From positions 28,901 through 92,900 of the IMG/VR virus record IMGVR_UViG_3300042472_000301: a stretch of DNA of 64,000 bases; one strand, written 5' to 3'. The notes under the pieces are model-generated. The model made no database searches. It was given only the letters and a program-made list of their open reading frames with translations, and was not told where the DNA came from. Origin of the DNA: a virus. Below, one piece after another: positions 1-10,224 of this stretch. How positions within the stretch are numbered: position 1 is the stretch's first letter; each line of letters begins with the position of its first letter. The position numbers and the translations under genes are program-made.

Positions 1-1
1 G

Positions 2-202
2 TCAGATGACGGCGGTCACACTTGGTCAAACGAGCATTGGAAATCAATGGGCGGCGTAGGCGAGTACGGCACCCGCGTCATTTGGCGCCGCCTTGGTATG
101 ACTTTAAAACTGCGTGATCGGGTTTATGAGCTTTCAGGCACCGATCCGGTCAAGATTGCCATTATGGCGGCAGAACTTGACGTTGAGGCAACCAAAGCAT
201 GA
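2..202 (+). CDS. C-terminal fragment of P22 gp10-like tail nozzle / DNA stabilization protein (5' truncated)
   Basis: Frame 2 reads SDDGGHTWSNEHW...GEYGTRVIWRRLG..LRDRVYELSGTDPVKIAI, the typical C-terminus of the P22 gp10 family; the stop overlaps the next ATG (ATGA). Confidence 0.8.
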   Translation, partial: SDDGGHTWSNEHWKSMGGVGEYGTRVIWRRLGMTLKLRDRVYELSGTDPVKIAIMAAELDVEATKA

Positions 203-399
203 ACCCTACCCAAATCACCGCGCCACGCGTTCCGCTTGTAGACCCTAGAACGGGGCTAATCTCGCGCGAGTGGTTTAGGTTTCTTAACGCAATATACGAA
301 CAACTAGGCGGGGGCACGGGTGCTGCGTCCGGTACGTTTACCACAGCCGATTCTAAAACCGTGACGGTCGTCAACGGCATCATTACAGGGATAGTCTAA
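199..399 (+). CDS. small virion tail protein
   Basis: 66 aa, PRVPLVDPRTGLISREWFRFL motif typical of the gene after gp10-like nozzles; translationally coupled on both sides. Confidence 0.6.
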   Translation: MNPTQITAPRVPLVDPRTGLISREWFRFLNAIYEQLGGGTGAASGTFTTADSKTVTVVNGIITGIV

Positions 400-1022
400 T
401 GTCGATCAATCTTTCAGCCTTTGCCGGTGCGGGCGCTCAATTCCTAGACGCCAATGGCGCACCGCTCACGGGCGGCTTGCTGTACAGCTACCTGTCGGGC
501 ACAACTACGCCAGCTACAACCTACACTTCGCGTGATGGTGGAACTAACAACACCAACCCGATTGTGTTGGATGCAGCAGGGCGCACACCGGCTGAGATTT
601 GGTTAGACGGCGGGGTGCTGTACAAGTTTGTGTTGACCTCTTCGACTTACGCACAAATTGGCACCTATGACAGTATCCCTGCAATTAACGACACCACAAG
701 CATTAGCAACCTCATTACGGTTTCCGGTACAAATGCGCTGACAGGCTTGGCTACGCCTACGTTGGGCGGTTATGCTGCGGGCGCACAATACAGCTTTATT
801 GCACAAAACACCAACACCGGCGCGGTCACAATTGACATCGACACGTTGGGTGTCAAGTCAATTACCAAGTTTGGCACTACACCTTTAGCGGCGGGCGATA
901 TTACTGCCGGTGCGTTGACGTTGATTGAGTATGACGGTACGCGATTTCAACTACTTAATGTTAATACACTTAGCAAAACTACCGCTCTCTCAATTGCTTT
1001 CTCAATTATTTTTGGACTATAA
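399..1022 (+). CDS. tail fibre/spike anchor protein
   Basis: AQFLDANGAPLTGGLLYSY...NTNPIVLDAAGR resembles virion-attachment N-terminal domains of podophage spikes. Confidence 0.6.
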   Translation: MSINLSAFAGAGAQFLDANGAPLTGGLLYSYLSGTTTPATTYTSRDGGTNNTNPIVLDAAGRTPAEIWLDGGVLYKFVLTSSTYAQIGTYDSIPAINDTTSISNLITVSGTNALTGLATPTLGGYAAGAQYSFIAQNTNTGAVTIDIDTLGVKSITKFGTTPLAAGDITAGALTLIEYDGTRFQLLNVNTLSKTTALSIAFSIIFGL

Positions 1023-1025
1023 ATC

Positions 1026-1400
1026 ATGGCTGCTCCTAATATTGTTAACGTCACAGCAATTTATGGCAAAGTCGTAACCGCCGATTTAACGACAACTTCG
1101 GCAACTTCAGTTTTAAGCAACGCTGCGTCAAGCGGCAAAGTGTTTAAACTTGATTCGCTTGTGGTCGCCAATATTGATACTGTAAACGCCGTGACGGTTA
1201 CGGTTAATCACTATTCTGCTGCGGCGCTTGGCGGCACAGCTACGGCAATGGCGTCTACTGTTTCAATTCCGGCTGCGTCAACTTTGGTGGTCATTAGTAA
1301 ACTCAATATGATTTATCTTGAGGAGAATATGTCGATTGGTGCGGTTGCAGGCACAGCGTCAAAACTGAAAGTTGTTTGCAGCTATGAGGACATATCGTGA
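1026..1400 (+). CDS. putative tail fibre adaptor protein
   Basis: MAAPNIVNV...SYEDIS beta-rich protein between the fibre anchor and the Gly-rich gene. Confidence 0.5.
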   Translation: MAAPNIVNVTAIYGKVVTADLTTTSATSVLSNAASSGKVFKLDSLVVANIDTVNAVTVTVNHYSAAALGGTATAMASTVSIPAASTLVVISKLNMIYLEENMSIGAVAGTASKLKVVCSYEDIS

Positions 1401-2218
1401 GCAATGGCGGCGTAATCGGCACATCCCTTGCACCCAACCAATCGGGCATTTGGACGCTTGAGGATTATCAATTAGCTAAATCTTATCCATTTATTACCGC
1501 TGCAATTTTAGCTATCGGCGGCGGTGGCAATGGCGGAAGTAACGCAAGCACAGCCGGTGGCGGGGGTGGTGGCGGAGGATTTATTGCTGCGTCTAATTTT
1601 GCTCTTCAAAAAGGTGTAACTTACACCGTAACGGTAGGGTCAGGCGGTGGTAATGCTTCATCTCTTGGCGGATTTATTGGATCAATTGGTGGTGGTACTG
1701 GTGGCAATGTAACCGCTACTGGCGGTTCAGGTGCTTCAGGTGGTGGCGGTGGTGGTGGCGCTGGGGGCACATCTCCTAGCGGTGGTGGTGCAATTACCTA
1801 TGGTGTTTCTTTAGGTAGCAACGGCGGCACCGGCGGCAACCTTGCAGGCGGCGGCGGCGGTGGTGCTGGCGCAGCGGGCTCTACAGGAGGAAATACTACC
1901 GGCGGCGCAGGAGGTGCTGGTTCTAGTTCATCTATTACCGGATCATCCGTTACTTATAGTGGCGGTGGTGGTGGAGCAGGACAAGACGCAGGTGGTGCAG
2001 GTGGGTCAGGCGGCGGCGGCAGCGGAAACGGCGGGAACGGCACAGCCAACACCGGCGGCGGCGGAGGAGGAGGCAATGGATTGGGCGGATCAGGCGTTGT
2101 AATCCTTTTAGTTCCAACTTTCTTTTACACCGGCACGGTAACCGGCTCGCCAACTGTTACGACTAGCGGCGCAAATACAATTATCAAGTTCACTTCTTCA
2201 GGGACTTATAAAGCATGA
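1397..2218 (+). CDS. glycine-rich tail adhesin
   Basis: IGGGG..GGGGGG runs, ANTGGGGGG, GSGVVIL, C-terminal IKFTSSGTYKA; paralogous to 59792, 60860 and 61893. Confidence 0.7.
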   Translation: MSNGGVIGTSLAPNQSGIWTLEDYQLAKSYPFITAAILAIGGGGNGGSNASTAGGGGGGGGFIAASNFALQKGVTYTVTVGSGGGNASSLGGFIGSIGGGTGGNVTATGGSGASGGGGGGGAGGTSPSGGGAITYGVSLGSNGGTGGNLAGGGGGGAGAAGSTGGNTTGGAGGAGSSSSITGSSVTYSGGGGGAGQDAGGAGGSGGGGSGNGGNGTANTGGGGGGGNGLGGSGVVILLVPTFFYTGTVTGSPTVTTSGANTIIKFTSSGTYKA

Positions 2219-2619
2219 GTAATTTTGCACACGTTCCGGTTATGGAAAGCGGAAAAGGTATTGTTCAATCCGTCATTGTCATTGACCAAGAGGTAATAGA
2301 TACAGGCGCGTTTGGCGATCCGTCAACGTATTGGCAGACGTCATATAACACCCGTGGCGGCATTTATTATCTGCCCGACTCAAATACACCTGACCCTGAC
2401 CAATCAAAAGAACTGAGAGCCAACTACGCGCTTCCAGGCTACACTTTGGACACAACGGTAATTGAGAATGGCGTGGTCGGGGTGTTCTACGCACCACAGC
2501 CTTTCCCGTCGTGGACAATCAGCGCACCGACTTGGCTTTGGCAACCGCCAGTACCATACCCAACTGACGGCAATAATTATGTTTGGAATGAAACAACACT
2601 ATCTTGGGTGCTTGTGTGA
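2215..2619 (+). CDS. partner protein of Gly-rich adhesin (putative fibre chaperone)
   Basis: QTSYNTRGG..RANYA..FYAPQPFPSW..WQPPVPYP..Y.W.E; clear homolog of 63345..63725; ATGA-coupled to the Gly-rich gene. Confidence 0.6.
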   Translation: MSNFAHVPVMESGKGIVQSVIVIDQEVIDTGAFGDPSTYWQTSYNTRGGIYYLPDSNTPDPDQSKELRANYALPGYTLDTTVIENGVVGVFYAPQPFPSWTISAPTWLWQPPVPYPTDGNNYVWNETTLSWVLV

Positions 2620-3089
2620 AAGTAACCTTTAACCTTGACTTTCTAAAGCCTACCTTGCAGCAGAAGATTGACGTGTTGCAAGACGAACTTTTGAAAATGC
2701 CACAGGCCGACATCGTTACAACGCACGTTTTTAAAGACGGGCAATACATTCGCACGATGATTGTGCCGCCCAACACGGTCATCGTGGGCGCGGCGCATAA
2801 ATCACCCTATAAAGTTAGACTTGAAAAAGGTACAATTTCAGTCAACTTAGGTGATGAACTGCACACCCTAACCGCACCGCTAGAATTAGATGCGCCAGCG
2901 GGTACGCGCCGAGTGGGTTGGGTGGGTAACGAAGAACTTGTATGGGTTGACATCTACGACAACCCTAGTGGCTGCACCGACATAGACGAAATAGAAGAAT
3001 TACTTTATGTCATTCCTGAATGTGGAATGTTAGATAAAAGATTGGCGTTAGCAAACAATAATGCTAGGCTAGTCTTAACGGAGAATTAA
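2616..3089 (+). CDS. cupin-fold-like phage protein
   Basis: GTG start overlapping the upstream TGA; THVF..GQYIRTM.VP..VGAAHK...APAGTRRVG beta-barrel pattern. Confidence 0.5.
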   Translation: MKVTFNLDFLKPTLQQKIDVLQDELLKMPQADIVTTHVFKDGQYIRTMIVPPNTVIVGAAHKSPYKVRLEKGTISVNLGDELHTLTAPLELDAPAGTRRVGWVGNEELVWVDIYDNPSGCTDIDEIEELLYVIPECGMLDKRLALANNNARLVLTEN

Positions 3090-3090
3090 C

Positions 3091-4170
3091 ATGGCTGGAA
3101 TTATTACTGGTGCGGTAATTAGCGCGGGCGCGGGTCTAATCGGCAGCGCAAACAGCGCCAAAGCGTCAAGACAAGCCTCCGAAGCGCAAAGAGAAGCCGC
3201 CGAACAAGCCAATGTTATTGCCGCAAATGCAGCGGAGAATCAAATTGCAACGTTGCGCGACGGGCTTAACCGTGGCATTTTGACGCAACAGCAATACCTT
3301 GATAAGCAAAATGAAATCATCGGCGGTATTTCTGAAGAGCAGAAAACTCTTCTTGCTGATCGTCTGAAATTTGCAGAAGGCATCTATACCCAACAGCGCA
3401 GCGATTATCAGCCTTACCGCGAATCGGGCGTTGCAGCCACCAATCAACTTAATACGTTGTTGGGTATTGGGGGTAACACGGGCGCTGCCGATTATGGCAG
3501 ATATTCAAGCGCTGAGTTTACCCCCGCTGACTTTGCTGCGGGTAAAGACCCAGGCTACGGTTTCCGTATGTCCGAGGGTTTAAAAGCCGTGGATCGCCAA
3601 GCTGCTGCGCGTGGCGGGCTAATCTCCGGCAATGCTCTCAAAGCCTCACAAGCGTTTGGTCAAGAAGCAGCCTCGCAAGAATATCAAAACGCGTTTAATC
3701 GTTTTCAGACTATGCGCGGTAACACGTTATCACCTTTTGCCTCGCTGTCGGGTCAAGGTCTAAACGCAGCATCGCTTACTGGTCAAGCAGGGGCGCAGTA
3801 CGGCGCGGCAGGGCAGCAAGCCTATGGTGACTATGGCACTTCACTAAACAATCGCCAAGCATCTGCTTTGGGTGCTACTGGCGCAGCTTCCCAAGGCATT
3901 TCAGGTATGTACGGCAACTACGGCAATGCAAGCGCAACAGCCTATGGCAATTACGCTACCAACGCCACCAATGCGCTGACCGGCGGGGCCAACGCTCAAG
4001 CGGCGGGTATCATTGGTGGGGCGAACGCGTTTAACCAAGGGGTAAGCGGCATCAGCAATCTTGCCAACACTTATTACCTTAATAAACTGCTTCAGGGTAG
4101 AAATACTCAAACAGCCGGTTTAACAGGATCAGACCTTACGTCGGGAATTGATTTTACTTACCGAGGTTAA
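3091..4170 (+). CDS. DNA ejection protein (P22 gp7-like)
   Basis: Hydrophobic Gly/Ala N-terminus, coiled coil, DPGYGFRMSEGLKAVDRQAAARGGLISGNALKA motif. Confidence 0.65.
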   Translation: MAGIITGAVISAGAGLIGSANSAKASRQASEAQREAAEQANVIAANAAENQIATLRDGLNRGILTQQQYLDKQNEIIGGISEEQKTLLADRLKFAEGIYTQQRSDYQPYRESGVAATNQLNTLLGIGGNTGAADYGRYSSAEFTPADFAAGKDPGYGFRMSEGLKAVDRQAAARGGLISGNALKASQAFGQEAASQEYQNAFNRFQTMRGNTLSPFASLSGQGLNAASLTGQAGAQYGAAGQQAYGDYGTSLNNRQASALGATGAASQGISGMYGNYGNASATAYGNYATNATNALTGGANAQAAGIIGGANAFNQGVSGISNLANTYYLNKLLQGRNTQTAGLTGSDLTSGIDFTYRG

Positions 4171-4184
4171 TAAAGGATTAAGTC

Positions 4185-5957
4185 ATGGCACTCGACACTA
4201 ACATTGCGCTAGGCATTAAGCCCGTAGAGCAGCCCAATATGCTTGCCCAAATGGGGCAGATGATGCAAATTCGGCAAGCGCAGCAAGGCTTTGAAAGCGA
4301 AAACGCTTTGCGTGATTTTTACGCGCAAGGCGGGGATCCGTCAAGCGCCGAAGGTAGGCGCCAATTGTTGTCGCGCAACCCCTCAGCGGGTATGAAAATT
4401 ATTGGGCAGCTAAGTGAAAACTCTGCGCGCGATATAAACACGGCGGAGAAGTCTTTAGGTTTGTATAAAGATCAAGTGGGCTTTATTAAATCGCCTGACG
4501 ACGCAGCAAGGTGGTTGAGTAATTTTTATGCAAACCCTCTTACCCGTCCTTACGTTGAATCGGTTGCGCCGATGGATGTTGCATTGGCAGCAATCCCTAA
4601 AAATGACCCTGCCGCATTTCAAAACTGGTTAAAAAATGCGTCGTTAAAAGCCGAAAAATTGTTTGTTGACGCTAATACAGAAGCGACAAACAAAACGCGT
4701 ATTCAAGCAGCCGGTATTAGCGCGGCAGCGGGCAACCGCCAAGCGACAATTGCTGAACAACGCTATGCTCAAGATTTAGCTGATCGGGCCGAGGCCGACA
4801 GATTGGCGGGCAGACCTTCTACGCCGCCGTTTGTTGCGCCTACAACCGGCGGTGGTGGTGGCGGTGGGGCGCCTTTTACTTTGCCTATGACTAGCGGCGG
4901 TACAGCGCCCGCAGTTACTAACGCGTTACCTGCAATAGTGGGCGCGGCCCCCGCCGCACCGGCGTCGACCAATATGCTAGTGCCTGGCGCGCAAGCACCG
5001 GCAACGGCGCCTGTTACTCCTGTTGCACCAACGGCGGCGCCTGTTACTCCGGTTGCACCTGTTACCGCTGCTGCACCAGTAAGAGATGCAAACACGCGGA
5101 TACAAGATATTAGCGCTGAAATTGAACGCCTTAGACCGTATATGGGCAATCCTAAAGTTGCGTTGAATGTTCAGCAACTTGCTACCGAACGTACTCAATT
5201 GATAGCGGCGGCTAAACAAGAAGCGCCTACATTAACTAGAATTGACGACCCAACTACACCAGGCCAAAGGCTAGAGATTAACGCGCGCGAATACAAAGGC
5301 GGCGGGTTAGGCTCACCAGGCGTGTTGGGCGTTGCGCGTACGGATAAATTGACGCCACAACAAACGGTTAAATTAAAAGCCGAAATAGGCAAAGATTTTA
5401 AAGCCGTTGAAAGAACTATTGCTGAAACTGACGCGCTGCTTGAGTCTATTGACGCAGTTAGAAACAGCAACCTAGAACGTGTGGCGGGCCCAATTGATGC
5501 GCGTACGTTCACAATGACTAACGAAGGAAAACTTGCTGAAACAAGGTTTGAAAACCTTAAGGGCAAAGTCACCGCAATTGCTAAAACGGCGGCTACTATG
5601 ACCGGCGCAATTGGCTCTATTGCTAACCAAGAATGGCAAATTTTGGCCAATCAAATTGCGGTGCTTGACCTCAAAAATGGTAAAGAACCTAGCCTTGAGC
5701 AAATTGACCAGTTAGAGCGTCAAGCAATGAGTATTGCTAATCGTATGCGCGATGGGTTTAGTCGTCAGTACGGCGAGTATTTGGACGAACTCGGGCCACA
5801 GTACAGAGAAATACCAAACGTGACATACACGCCAGGCTCGGCAGGGTACACCCCAACAGGTAAGAAAACTCCCGCTCGAAACAGCGCAACACCGGCCAAT
5901 ACAGGTAACATAGCTACCAATCCGACCATTGACGCATTGCTTAACAAGTACAAATAA
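4185..5957 (+). CDS. internal virion / ejection protein
   Basis: 590 aa, helical with a Pro/Ala/Thr linker; second of a three-gene ejection cluster. Confidence 0.55.
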   Translation: MALDTNIALGIKPVEQPNMLAQMGQMMQIRQAQQGFESENALRDFYAQGGDPSSAEGRRQLLSRNPSAGMKIIGQLSENSARDINTAEKSLGLYKDQVGFIKSPDDAARWLSNFYANPLTRPYVESVAPMDVALAAIPKNDPAAFQNWLKNASLKAEKLFVDANTEATNKTRIQAAGISAAAGNRQATIAEQRYAQDLADRAEADRLAGRPSTPPFVAPTTGGGGGGGAPFTLPMTSGGTAPAVTNALPAIVGAAPAAPASTNMLVPGAQAPATAPVTPVAPTAAPVTPVAPVTAAAPVRDANTRIQDISAEIERLRPYMGNPKVALNVQQLATERTQLIAAAKQEAPTLTRIDDPTTPGQRLEINAREYKGGGLGSPGVLGVARTDKLTPQQTVKLKAEIGKDFKAVERTIAETDALLESIDAVRNSNLERVAGPIDARTFTMTNEGKLAETRFENLKGKVTAIAKTAATMTGAIGSIANQEWQILANQIAVLDLKNGKEPSLEQIDQLERQAMSIANRMRDGFSRQYGEYLDELGPQYREIPNVTYTPGSAGYTPTGKKTPARNSATPANTGNIATNPTIDALLNKYK

Positions 5958-5959
5958 TC

Positions 5960-8329
5960 ATGGCGACTATTGAAGAACTTAGTTCAGCGTTGGTTAAGGC
6001 AGACGCGGCGGGTAATACTGCGGATGCTAAAGCATTTGCGGATGCCATTCGCAATATGCGATCTAGCGAAGGTATGCCTAAAGAGCGAACCGTAATGCAA
6101 GAGGTCATGCAAATACCCGCTGGTATTTACAAAGGCTTTAAAAACGTAACAGATACGTTGATTAAAGGCGGCGCAAGCGCGTTAGATTATGCGGCAGGCA
6201 CTAACACCCGCGCAACAGTTGACGAAGCATCTAAGCGCGCAAACGAAGAATACAACCAAGTATATGGGGCTAGCACATTAGGTAAGTCAGGTGAGATTTT
6301 AGGTGAGATCGGCGCAACAATGCTGCCTATTGCGGGCTTGTCTAAAATCGTTGCCAAGGGTGCTGAGTTAGCCCCCTCGCTTGCCAAATTTCTAACCCCT
6401 GTTTCCAAGTCTATTGCCTCGGGCGGGTTTAATACCGGCTTGGCGGGCGGTGCGGTAAACACAGGCGTCAGAGCGCTAGGCGGTGCAGCGGGCGGCGCAA
6501 TTGGTGCGGGGCTAGTCAACCCTGAAAATGCTGGTGTTGGTGCTGCTTTTGGCGCGGCTGTACCTGCATTGGCGTTGCCAGCGGCTAAATTTGTTGTCGA
6601 GCAAGGGCGTAAGATGTTTAGCCCTGGCACCGCAGCAATTAACCAAGCTGTTGGCGACAAGGGCGGTCAAATCATAAACGCGTTACGCGACCCTAACGCC
6701 GTGATTGTGCCTGGTTCCTCGCCCACCGCCGGTCAAGTGGCGGCGCCTGTGGGCAGTACGGGGTTCTCAGGGTTTACCAAAGACCTTGCAGCTAACCCCA
6801 AAGTAGCGCAACTTTACGCCGACAAAGCCGCGCAAACTAGTGAGGCTCAGTTAGCGCAACAAGCGCGTGTGGACACGCGTCTTCAAGGTGTGGTTGACCG
6901 CGTTACAAAAAAGATTGACGACAACCTTGCTACGGTCACACCATCTGAAACAGGTAACAGCCTTCGCGTCATTGGTGAAGCGGCTAAACAAAAGTTTAAA
7001 GACGACACACTTAAGCCTGGGTACGCCGCCGCGTTTAATTTAGCGGGCGACGGCAAGATTAACATTTCAAATGTAGTGACTAAAGCCGAAGAAATTTTAG
7101 GGCAAAAGTTGTCTACGTTTGCGCCTGAAACTGCGCCTACTACCGTCAAAAAACTATTGTCGTTTCAGCCTAAAGTGCCTGAAGCCAAACCTTTGGGCGG
7201 CGGCTTAGTGTCGTCAAAAGTTAAAACTGCACCGGCGGCACCTGAAGGGTTTGCTTCTGCTACGCTTGAAGAATTAGATGGTGTGCGTAAGGCTATTAAC
7301 GCAGATATTCAATCGGCCATAACGGGCAACAGGCCTACTGACCCCGCTACGTTGCGTAATTTGATGCAATTGCACAAAGAGATTGATGACGCAATTGGCA
7401 AGTCTACGGCAATCCCCGACGCAGCCAAAACCGCTTACGCTGACATTGTTAAGACGTACCGCACCGAGTATGTGCCTCGTTTTAAAGAAGGCGCTAACGC
7501 TAATTTGTTTAAACAAACTGCGTCTAACGAACTCAAAACTAGACCTGAAGATGTCATTACTAAATACTTTAACCCTGGTGGTGAGTCGGAGGCCAAGCAG
7601 TTTGTAAACCTGTTTGGCAGCGACCCCAACGCGTTAAAGATTGCCGGTAAAGGCATCGAAGATTTGTTCCGTCAAAAAGTGACGGACGCATCTACGGGCT
7701 TGGTTAAACCCGCAGCCCTTGCCAAATTTTTAAAAGATTACGCGCAACCCATTAAGATTATGGACGACGCGGGTATGGGGTTAAGTCAACGCTTTGCAAC
7801 CATTAGCAAAGATGTGCAGCGTTTGCAACGCGTAGAAGGTATGCAAACCACAAACGCCGCTAATCGGCTAGCGCCCGCCATCCCTGCTGGCCCCAACGCG
7901 CTTGCAGTCGAACAACGCATCAATCAATTAACCCAAGGGTTAACACCCAAGCAATTAAGCGCGGTCAACGCCGTGCGTGATGACTTGGCGCGTATGGCCG
8001 AGTACGAAAGGTTAGCGCAAGCGGGTAGCACTGGCACAGCGGGTAAGATTGCAACTGAAGCGGGTAAAGGGATTGGAATGCAATTTCCAAGCCTATTGAA
8101 CACTTCAGTTACCGCAGTCAATTTTGTTCTTAAACGCTTGGTTGGTAAAATGGATGATAAATTAGCGATTGCTTTAGCTACCGAATTAGCCAACCCCGCG
8201 TCTGCTGCAAACGCTATTCAACGCGCTATGGTTAAACGTGGTAGTCAGGAAATCAATAATCAGTTTGCTCGCAACGCCCTTCGCCCCGTCACAATGGGTG
8301 GCATCAACGCTTTAGCTGGACAAGAATAA
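5960..8329 (+). CDS. large internal virion / ejection protein
   Basis: 789 aa, MATIEELSSALVKADAAGN N-terminus, Gly/Ala hydrophobic segment, helical remainder. Confidence 0.55.
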   Translation: MATIEELSSALVKADAAGNTADAKAFADAIRNMRSSEGMPKERTVMQEVMQIPAGIYKGFKNVTDTLIKGGASALDYAAGTNTRATVDEASKRANEEYNQVYGASTLGKSGEILGEIGATMLPIAGLSKIVAKGAELAPSLAKFLTPVSKSIASGGFNTGLAGGAVNTGVRALGGAAGGAIGAGLVNPENAGVGAAFGAAVPALALPAAKFVVEQGRKMFSPGTAAINQAVGDKGGQIINALRDPNAVIVPGSSPTAGQVAAPVGSTGFSGFTKDLAANPKVAQLYADKAAQTSEAQLAQQARVDTRLQGVVDRVTKKIDDNLATVTPSETGNSLRVIGEAAKQKFKDDTLKPGYAAAFNLAGDGKINISNVVTKAEEILGQKLSTFAPETAPTTVKKLLSFQPKVPEAKPLGGGLVSSKVKTAPAAPEGFASATLEELDGVRKAINADIQSAITGNRPTDPATLRNLMQLHKEIDDAIGKSTAIPDAAKTAYADIVKTYRTEYVPRFKEGANANLFKQTASNELKTRPEDVITKYFNPGGESEAKQFVNLFGSDPNALKIAGKGIEDLFRQKVTDASTGLVKPAALAKFLKDYAQPIKIMDDAGMGLSQRFATISKDVQRLQRVEGMQTTNAANRLAPAIPAGPNALAVEQRINQLTQGLTPKQLSAVNAVRDDLARMAEYERLAQAGSTGTAGKIATEAGKGIGMQFPSLLNTSVTAVNFVLKRLVGKMDDKLAIALATELANPASAANAIQRAMVKRGSQEINNQFARNALRPVTMGGINALAGQE

Positions 8330-8583
8330 TGGATTGGCAAAACTTCATCAACTTAGGTGCCGGTGGTCTACTCGCGGTGGGTGGATGGTTTTGTCGTCAG
8401 TTATGGGATTCTGTTAAAGAGCTCAAGACTGACATTGCTAATCTCAAGCTGCACGTCAGCGATTCGTATGTCAAAAAATCCGAGATTGACACAATTAAGT
8501 CCGAGATGGACAAACGCTTTGACCGCGTCGAGATGTTGCTTGACCGCTTGTTCGATAAACTTGAAGCCAAGGCAGACAAATAA
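8329..8583 (+). CDS. small membrane protein of lysis cassette (N-terminal TM plus coiled coil)
   Basis: 84 aa; position ahead of holin and endolysin. Confidence 0.5.
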   Translation: MDWQNFINLGAGGLLAVGGWFCRQLWDSVKELKTDIANLKLHVSDSYVKKSEIDTIKSEMDKRFDRVEMLLDRLFDKLEAKADK

Positions 8584-8999
8584 TGTTCCCTATCATGGAT
8601 GTGCTTGGCGTTGGCATGAAGATTTTGGATAAGTTTTTTCCTGATCCCGAACAAAAGGCCAAAGCGCAACTTGAGTTAATGCAGATGCAGCAGAACGGCG
8701 AACTCGCCAAGATGCAAGCCGATATGCAAGAGCAGGGCGAACTCACCAAGCGTCAAGAGAACGACATGAGGTCTGACTCTTGGTTGAGTAAAAACATTCG
8801 TCCTATGACCCTCATAGCCATCCTAGCGGGCTACTTCATCTTCGCCATGATGTCAGCGTTTGATCTTGATACAAACGAGAAGTATGTTGAGTTGCTTGGG
8901 CAATGGGGCATGTTAATAATGAGCTTCTATTTCGGTGGTCGCACCCTTGAAAAGATCATCGACATGAAAAACAAAACGCCCGAAAAGAGCGACAAGTAA
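8583..8999 (+). CDS. holin (3TM, GTA-holin type)
   Basis: DKFFPDP..KA.A.LEL, SDSWLSKNIRP, two C-terminal TMs, FYFGGRTLEK. Confidence 0.75.
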   Translation: MFPIMDVLGVGMKILDKFFPDPEQKAKAQLELMQMQQNGELAKMQADMQEQGELTKRQENDMRSDSWLSKNIRPMTLIAILAGYFIFAMMSAFDLDTNEKYVELLGQWGMLIMSFYFGGRTLEKIIDMKNKTPEKSDK

Positions 9000-9661
9000 T
9001 GGTAACGGCTAAAAAGCCTGCGGTTAAACGAGCGCCAGTAAAACGGGTTGCAAAACCTGCGCCTGTTAGGAACCCAGACTTTACAGACAAGGTTGTTGAT
9101 CTTATCAAGTGGGTAGACAGTCCGTTCAAGCTGATCTCGGTGGTGCTGATTGCCTTTGTTGCGTTTGCTGGGTACTTTGCTTGGGACTCACGGCAAGTCA
9201 TTTTGAATGCAATCAGTAGCAAAAAGACAGAGCTAAAAGAGCCGTTGTTGGTTGAGGCTATTGCCAAGTCTTTGATCTACGATCTAAGCGCGGATGTGGT
9301 GATTGTGAATTCAGTCAATCTTCAATCAAACAGTCGCACAACCATTTTGGCAATGAGCAATCAGGGGCGTGAAAAGTCTCTCGAAGGCGCAATCAACGCT
9401 TTGTTTACCAGTTCGCCTGAACGCAACCGTGCAGTCATCACGATGTTCCAAGGAGAGGTGCATTGCGAGACGTTTGTGCCAAGCTCAAAGATTGGAGAGT
9501 ACGTTGTTAAACATGGCGTGACGTATATGTGTCGTGGCTCTGTACCGCCAGAACAAGGCAGGTTTGTAGGCTACATTGCGGTAGGCTTTAAGATACCGCC
9601 TAAGGATATTATTCAAGCGAAGACTCGCATTAACTTAGCAAGCACGGAGATGAGTAAATGA
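8999..9661 (+). CDS. single-TM membrane protein with C-terminal soluble domain (lysis cassette)
   Basis: Basic N-terminus, one TM (LISVVLIAFVAFAGYFAW), then a soluble alpha/beta domain; lies between holin and endolysin. Confidence 0.55.
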   Translation: MVTAKKPAVKRAPVKRVAKPAPVRNPDFTDKVVDLIKWVDSPFKLISVVLIAFVAFAGYFAWDSRQVILNAISSKKTELKEPLLVEAIAKSLIYDLSADVVIVNSVNLQSNSRTTILAMSNQGREKSLEGAINALFTSSPERNRAVITMFQGEVHCETFVPSSKIGEYVVKHGVTYMCRGSVPPEQGRFVGYIAVGFKIPPKDIIQAKTRINLASTEMSK

Positions 9662-10194
9662 TTGATAACTGGAAACTAGCTTTTGAACAGATGCTCAAAA
9701 GTGAAGGTGGCTTCACAGACGACGAGCGTGATGACGGCAACAAGTTACCAGATGGGCGTAAAGGCTCAACCATGCTTGGCGTGACTCAATTTAATTGGGA
9801 ACAGCACGTTGGGCATCAGGTCACCCACGACGATATGCGTAAGCTCACTCCTGCGGATGTAGAACCCCTGTACAAGAAAAAGTATTGGGACGTTGTGCGG
9901 GCTGACGAATTGCCTTCTGGGATTGATTACCTAGTCTTTGATATGGGTGTGAACGCCGGTCCGGGTCGCTCTATCAAAATCATGCAAACCGCTTTGGGCG
10001 TACCTGCTGACGGTGGTTTTGGTCCGATGACAATGGCTGCTGTCTTAGCTGCTGACCCTGTTGTGTTAATTGAGAAGTTCAGTCAAGAGAAAGAGGCGTT
10101 TTACCGTGGTCTTGAAAAGTTCACTGTATACGGTGAAGGCTGGCTTAATCGTGTTGCAGCAGTTAAGGTCAAGGCAAGCTCGATGCTCGGCTAA
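9658..10194 (+). CDS. endolysin, glycoside hydrolase family 108 with C-terminal PG-binding domain
   Basis: EGG motif, T.LGVT, Y.KKYWD, FDMGVNAG, C-terminal GWLNRV. Confidence 0.85.
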   Translation: MIDNWKLAFEQMLKSEGGFTDDERDDGNKLPDGRKGSTMLGVTQFNWEQHVGHQVTHDDMRKLTPADVEPLYKKKYWDVVRADELPSGIDYLVFDMGVNAGPGRSIKIMQTALGVPADGGFGPMTMAAVLAADPVVLIEKFSQEKEAFYRGLEKFTVYGEGWLNRVAAVKVKASSMLG

Positions 10195-10224
10195 ATTGTG
10201 GTTTTAAATTAGTGCGATAAAGGT

